A stretch of DNA of 32,000 nucleotides from Candidatus Heimdallarchaeota archaeon (lineage in GTDB: Archaea > Asgardarchaeota > Heimdallarchaeia > JABLTI01). Made by a program: the position numbers and the translations under genes. The number at the start of each line of letters is the position of its first letter. Position 1 is the first letter of the stretch. The notes below the pieces were generated by a model. The model saw only the letters and a program-made list of their open reading frames with translations, had not been told where the DNA came from and did not search any database. The stretch lies in contig JAUWKS010000013.1 of assembly GCA_030614005.1 (NCBI GenBank), positions 30,001 through 62,000 of the forward strand. Reading direction: 5' to 3'. Below are positions 27,560 to 32,000 of this stretch, piece after piece.

Positions 27560-27700
27560 GCTATTTCTTTACCTTCTCAAGATTGGTTTGTAGTGACAAT
27601 GATATTTCAATAATTCAATAAAAACAACCGCAATATCGGGATAGTTACCTCAATATTAGCTTCTAATAGAATTTAGAGATGAAAAAGAGAAGAAAAAAAG

Positions 27701-27720
27701 GTTTTTGTAGCGACAAAAAC
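27701..27720. other. Perfect inverted repeat GTTTTTGT-agcg-ACAAAAAC
   Basis: 8-bp stem with 4-nt loop in the 27403-28008 intergenic region. Could be an operator or hairpin. Confidence 0.4.
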
Positions 27721-28008
27721 ACCGATGCTTTTTCCCACAAAACATAAAAAGAATCAATAAAAAGTACAATTAGAAAGTTACTAGACTTCAAATCCAGAAA
27801 AACTAGCTGAAGTTACCAGTACAAAGAAAAGTTCCTAAAATCAATGTTATCTTAGATGGGAACATCAAGAAAAAGCGGGGATATGTTTAACTATTCAAAA
27901 AGTGGTTAGATAAAAAACATCACCAAATAAACAAGTACTTGGTACAGATAGATTTTGAAGGAAATGAAATACAGACCAAACAATTGGTAATAGGTTGATG
28001 AAAGAACA

Positions 28009-29247
28009 ATGTCAATGAAAGCAGATTTCATAAAAGAATTAGAAATTTCTACATTCTCAAAACCAATTCTAAAAGAAATGGGCGTAAAAGCAATCTTCTT
28101 AGTCACTTTTGACATTATCCTAGGACCAATAGCCTATGTCAATAAACTCTCTACAGAAAAAAGTGAGTATCTCGAATTTTTGCAACAGAATATAGCGCAC
28201 CTAGGAGAATTTTACACTGGAATATCACATGCACAAATCGATAAAGTAACAACAAGAACCGGAGAAGAAATGCTTGTAGGACGAGCAACAAGAAAAGTAA
28301 ATGAAATGGAACTAATAGATATCGCCGTAGCTTTAGTGGACTCAACAGAATATCATAATGAAATTGTTAAGATGCTAAAATTCGTTGTGAGAACGTCATA
28401 TGGCAATCCAAAAAACTTTTGTGATTTATTAGACAGAGTGTTGCTGGAATATCAAGACCTCGGAAAGAAAAAAGCAGAGGCAGGAAAATTCGCCGTATTC
28501 AAAGATGCTTCAAAGGAAAAAGTGGCGAATATAGCAAAGCTATATCACAATTGGAAAGGAGTACTATTCATAGATTTTGAAGGAGATAACATAAACAGCT
28601 CATTTATGCCGGATTGGATTGAAGCGAGTAAAATAAATTCGCAGGAATTAGCTCAGAAAACGAGAAATATGTACGCAGAAGGAGTTATCATTCCAAGATC
28701 TAAACAAATATTTTCGATGGTAAGCATAAAAGGCAAACAAGTAATCGTTGTATCAACAAATAATTCACGCTATGTAACAATCATTTTCCCGACAGCAGAT
28801 GGAATGACAAAAATATCAACAATAGCAGAAAATATGGATATTATTAACGAGGCACTGAGCGAAGTGGGAATGCAATTCAGCACAGATGCAATGAAGAATA
28901 CTCTCGAGATAATCGATAAAAGAATAAGAGAAAATGATACCAGCGTCTTAATGAAAGAAGTAATTGTAGTAATGTTAAGATCCGAAGAGTTGATGCCAAA
29001 GAAAAAGATAAAACAAGAAGAATTTGAAGCATTTCAGGGAGAAATACAAAAGAAATATTTTCAAGGATTGAATAAAGCATTCGAAGAATTTGATGGCACA
29101 AAAACAATCTTAGAAATAACTCATAGAGTAAATGTTAGTTTAGAGCAAATGGGTGATTTTGTGGTGTTTTGTATGACAAGGGGAATTGTGCAGGTCTTTA
29201 CTAAAAATGGCCGAACAAGAAAAACAGATGGAAAAGTTGTTATCTAA
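28009..29247 (+). CDS. Longin/uDENN-like domain, second longin/roadblock-like domain and C-terminal winged helix
   Basis: KAIFLVTFDIILGPIAY resembles the uDENN/longin beta1-beta2 F-D-x-x-x-G-P motif. WKGVLFIDF starts a second alpha/beta module. FDGTKTILEI..VSLEQM..RGIV is wHTH-like. Confidence 0.6.
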   Translation: MSMKADFIKELEISTFSKPILKEMGVKAIFLVTFDIILGPIAYVNKLSTEKSEYLEFLQQNIAHLGEFYTGISHAQIDKVTTRTGEEMLVGRATRKVNEMELIDIAVALVDSTEYHNEIVKMLKFVVRTSYGNPKNFCDLLDRVLLEYQDLGKKKAEAGKFAVFKDASKEKVANIAKLYHNWKGVLFIDFEGDNINSSFMPDWIEASKINSQELAQKTRNMYAEGVIIPRSKQIFSMVSIKGKQVIVVSTNNSRYVTIIFPTADGMTKISTIAENMDIINEALSEVGMQFSTDAMKNTLEIIDKRIRENDTSVLMKEVIVVMLRSEELMPKKKIKQEEFEAFQGEIQKKYFQGLNKAFEEFDGTKTILEITHRVNVSLEQMGDFVVFCMTRGIVQVFTKNGRTRKTDGKVVI

Positions 29248-29545
29248 GTAGGGAAAAGAGCCCGAAAAAAGTATCGTTACCATTCTATTCACTCATATTT
29301 AAATAAAAACGATTTTTTATTACTAAATATAATTTTAGAAATAATCGCAAGTTATTAAAAACCGTTAACTCAAATATTAAGTGGAAATGGAGTACCACTA
29401 TTTGTTATTAGGAGAAAAATGCAGTTGCAATAGAGGCTTCTTTTTCTAGAAACGAAGAGTAATTGAGGAGCTTTGTAAAAAAATACTAGCTGAAAAAACT
29501 CAAGAAAAGGGAAAGTAAAATAACCGATTTAAAGAAGGGGAAAAT

Positions 29546-30364
29546 ATGTATCAAGATGATTTGGGAAATTTCCATAGAACAGATGCAGAAGAAAATGTTT
29601 TGTGGGGGATGAGACTATTAAAAATAGGATTCATTCTCTTAATAATATGTTTTACAGCATATTTCATAGAATCAATAATAGAATTGTATACAGGACTAGG
29701 TCATTATACAATAGATCCGACATACTCCTTTAACAAAATAAAAGCATATTATATAATGATAATGTTTTTGGCAATATTCACAACTACTTTTACAGGATCA
29801 ATTTATGTGCTTGGAATGGGAACTGTATTTTTGAGTAGGATCTTACCAGAACCTGTGAAAAAGAGCCTGAAGATAACGGGGATACTATATCTAATACTAA
29901 TACCTCTGAACTTGCTAAAAATAATAATTATATATAGTATTTATGCAAATTCCTCATTAGTTACAGATATCTCAAGAATAAGTAGAATAATAACCAATAT
30001 AGTTTATTCAGTAAAAGTACTAGAATTTCTAATGCTGATAGTAATAGCTATGCTACTAGCAAAAGAACTGAAACAAATGAATGAAATGCAAAGAGGAAAA
30101 AATGGTACGGTAGTTTTACCGGGAATTTTAGTAGCAGCATTCATTATCTGGTTAACAGGAGGAATAATGTTTTACGTTGTAGTAGATAAACCAGATCCAT
30201 ACGATGTGCTAGAACCAGTGCTAAATACTGCAATATATCTAGAAGGAATAGGTCAAATACTCTATTGTGCAATAGCAGTTGGAGTATTCATAGCACTACT
30301 AGTAAAAGCAAACAAAATAGTGATACCTCCTTTAGCAGTAATAAACAGAAGTGGTTATTACTAA
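29546..30364 (+). CDS. Hypothetical multi-pass membrane protein (about 6 TM)
   Basis: 272-aa ORF with about six long hydrophobic segments and AAGGGG upstream. Confidence 0.75.
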   Translation: MYQDDLGNFHRTDAEENVLWGMRLLKIGFILLIICFTAYFIESIIELYTGLGHYTIDPTYSFNKIKAYYIMIMFLAIFTTTFTGSIYVLGMGTVFLSRILPEPVKKSLKITGILYLILIPLNLLKIIIIYSIYANSSLVTDISRISRIITNIVYSVKVLEFLMLIVIAMLLAKELKQMNEMQRGKNGTVVLPGILVAAFIIWLTGGIMFYVVVDKPDPYDVLEPVLNTAIYLEGIGQILYCAIAVGVFIALLVKANKIVIPPLAVINRSGYY

Positions 30365-30411
30365 CTACATACCTATCTAAAATAAAGAAAAAAAAAGACA
30401 AGTAAGCAAGT

Positions 30412-30711
30412 GTGTGTGAGAAATTGACAGCGCAATATGTAGTTAAGAAAATGGCAAAGATACATTGTGCGAAGGGACCAAAGAACTGCAAGAAATGTAG
30501 AGAATATGCAAAAGAGAAAAGATATGCATTATTGGACACCAACCCACAAGAAAATGAAATGGCAGCAAGACCGATGATAGAGTTGGAAGTTGAGGGCGGG
30601 GAAAAAGTCTGGGTAACTTTTGATGTGATAGCTTATTTTGAGTCAATGGATGAAGTAAAAGAATATACAACAAAAAAAGACATTGAAGTAGAACAAATAA
30701 TTGAAGAATAG
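30412..30711 (+). CDS. Small putative Zn-binding protein
   Basis: HC-x6-CxxC (IHCAKGPKNCKKC). GTG start, alternative ATG at 30451. Confidence 0.65.
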   Translation: MCEKLTAQYVVKKMAKIHCAKGPKNCKKCREYAKEKRYALLDTNPQENEMAARPMIELEVEGGEKVWVTFDVIAYFESMDEVKEYTTKKDIEVEQIIEE

Positions 30712-30763
30712 AATTCAAAAAGTAAAGAATAAAGCTGAAGCCTAGATTGAATAAAATGATCAA

Positions 30764-31825
30764 TCAAAAATTCAAGCCAAAAAAAGATTGCTTTTCAATT
30801 TGTTGTTTAAGACTAGGTTTGATTTGTATACAAATATCCGTTACTAAAGTCATTAAATCTTCTGGAGTTTGTTTGGTAAATTTCTGGAATTGTTCACTAT
30901 CAAATTTGCCATTAGAACACATTCCTAACAATTCAATACATTTAGTAATAATATTACTCATTTCCTTTTCAAATGATGCTCGAATGTCAATTTCAGTTTT
31001 TTGCTTTCGCATTTTTTTTACCAGAGCACGTAAAATTTTTGTACCATTTAAACCGGAAGCTGTTCCTTTTTCCAAAGAAATAATTGCTACATCAGCATTT
31101 TTGTAATTTATTTCAGAAGCTTGAGGAACACCAATAACATTAGCTGTTTGAGGGTCTACATATGAACTTGTATAAGTGATTACGTTTTGAAAGGGAAACG
31201 GAGTAAGTAGATTTAGGATAGCTATTGTTTGAGATGCAGATATTAGATCACTACAAATGATGATTGGTTTGAAAGACAATAAGGCATAAATTACTACATC
31301 TAAATTAGATTTAATATGGTCAAAAAGAAAAGTGATAGAAACATCGGTAGGGGCATTCATTTTAGCGCGAAAATAAGCTAGATTTTCTTCGGAAAACCTA
31401 CTCATCTCAGAGAAACGTTGATCATATATTGAAAAAACGGCATCAATAATTCCATTTAATATCTGTTCTTGCTTATGTGAGAAGATGAGACCGGTATGAA
31501 CTTCTTGAATTTCTTGAATCTCAGAAATAATTTTAGATACTATTTCAGAGAGAATCTTATCTATTATTTCCTTTTCATAAGCTACATTAATATCCTTGAT
31601 TATAACAACACCAAAATTCTTACTTATTTTAATATAGATTTCATGTGTTTGAGTAGCAAAATAGTTCGCTTCACCAACATCCATAGTAGCTAAAAAAGTC
31701 TGAATGGCTGTAATAGCTCCTGAGAAAAGAGTAGCTCGTTCAATAGATTCTTTTCCTTCTGACTTTAATTTTCGGAAATAAAGAGGAAGTCCACTTTGAG
31801 AGATAATATATATGGCATCTAACAT
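30764..31825 (-). CDS. Longin/roadblock plus DENN-like domain protein
   Basis: N-terminus AIYIISQSGLPLY..LFSGAITAIQTF is typical of Asgard longin/roadblock domains. LFDHIKSNLDVVIYALLSFKPIIICS..LLTPF..VIGVP..DVAIISLEKG follows the cDENN pattern (LL-x-K-x-I, L-x-PF, IGV, D-V-x-I-x-x-L). Confidence 0.75.
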   Translation of the reverse strand: MLDAIYIISQSGLPLYFRKLKSEGKESIERATLFSGAITAIQTFLATMDVGEANYFATQTHEIYIKISKNFGVVIIKDINVAYEKEIIDKILSEIVSKIISEIQEIQEVHTGLIFSHKQEQILNGIIDAVFSIYDQRFSEMSRFSEENLAYFRAKMNAPTDVSITFLFDHIKSNLDVVIYALLSFKPIIICSDLISASQTIAILNLLTPFPFQNVITYTSSYVDPQTANVIGVPQASEINYKNADVAIISLEKGTASGLNGTKILRALVKKMRKQKTEIDIRASFEKEMSNIITKCIELLGMCSNGKFDSEQFQKFTKQTPEDLMTLVTDICIQIKPSLKQQIEKQSFFGLNF

Positions 31826-32000
31826 TCTAAAAAAATAGACTACTATCCCATTTTAAATGTTCTTTAATATACAAGAAGGGATAATGAACGTAATTTTTGT
31901 CAGCAAAAAATACCCTCGGAAATGGTGACTGAATTTGTATCTAGAAACGAAAAGGCTAGAGTAGCCGCTTAGTAAACTGTGTAAGCATAGTAGGTAGACT

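Noticed and set aside
8642-31693. Other short ORF-track entries overlapping longer genes (8642, 10735, 11836, 13151, 15133, 16161, 17244, 17583, 17711, 18384, 19166, 21888, 22347, 23110, 23258, 23641, 24626, 26763, 27056, 27108, 27906, 28151, 28877, 30288, 30443, 30747, 31496)
   Set aside because: They overlap well-supported genes on the opposite strand or in another frame, with no recognisable domains.
1-32000. tRNA, rRNA, CRISPR arrays, transposases or prophage genes
   Set aside because: None recognised by eye; a tRNAscan-SE or Infernal run would be needed to exclude small RNAs.

Overview
AT-rich archaeal chromosomal DNA, almost certainly from an Asgard archaeon. This is inferred from eukaryote-signature proteins: OST5/TMEM258-like, UFM1-like, longin and DENN domains, and a giant SNAP-like solenoid with winged-helix/PCI-like tail. 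About 21 probable genes are present. I saw no rRNA, tRNA, CRISPR array or transposase. The main result is at 9.4-16 kb: a 706-aa membrane-anchored protein whose N-terminus looks like two tandem UFM1-like beta-grasp domains, each followed by a Gly at a ubiquitin-like C-terminal position. It lies directly upstream of an OST5-like gene, divergent from a PIG-B/Alg9-like mannosyltransferase, and next to a convergent PAC2 / HD / ThiF-MoeB E1-like operon. This suggests an archaeal precursor linking UFM1-fold proteins to membrane glycoprotein biogenesis. No E2, clear E3 or deconjugase is visible, and the E1-like protein appears to lack the thioester Cys, so conjugation is unproven. Other points of interest are a PAS-thioredoxin-PAS histidine kinase lacking its phospho-His, a divergent PlsY, and two longin/DENN-like proteins at the right end. 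All homology calls come from motif recognition and remembered reference sequences; no database searches were run.
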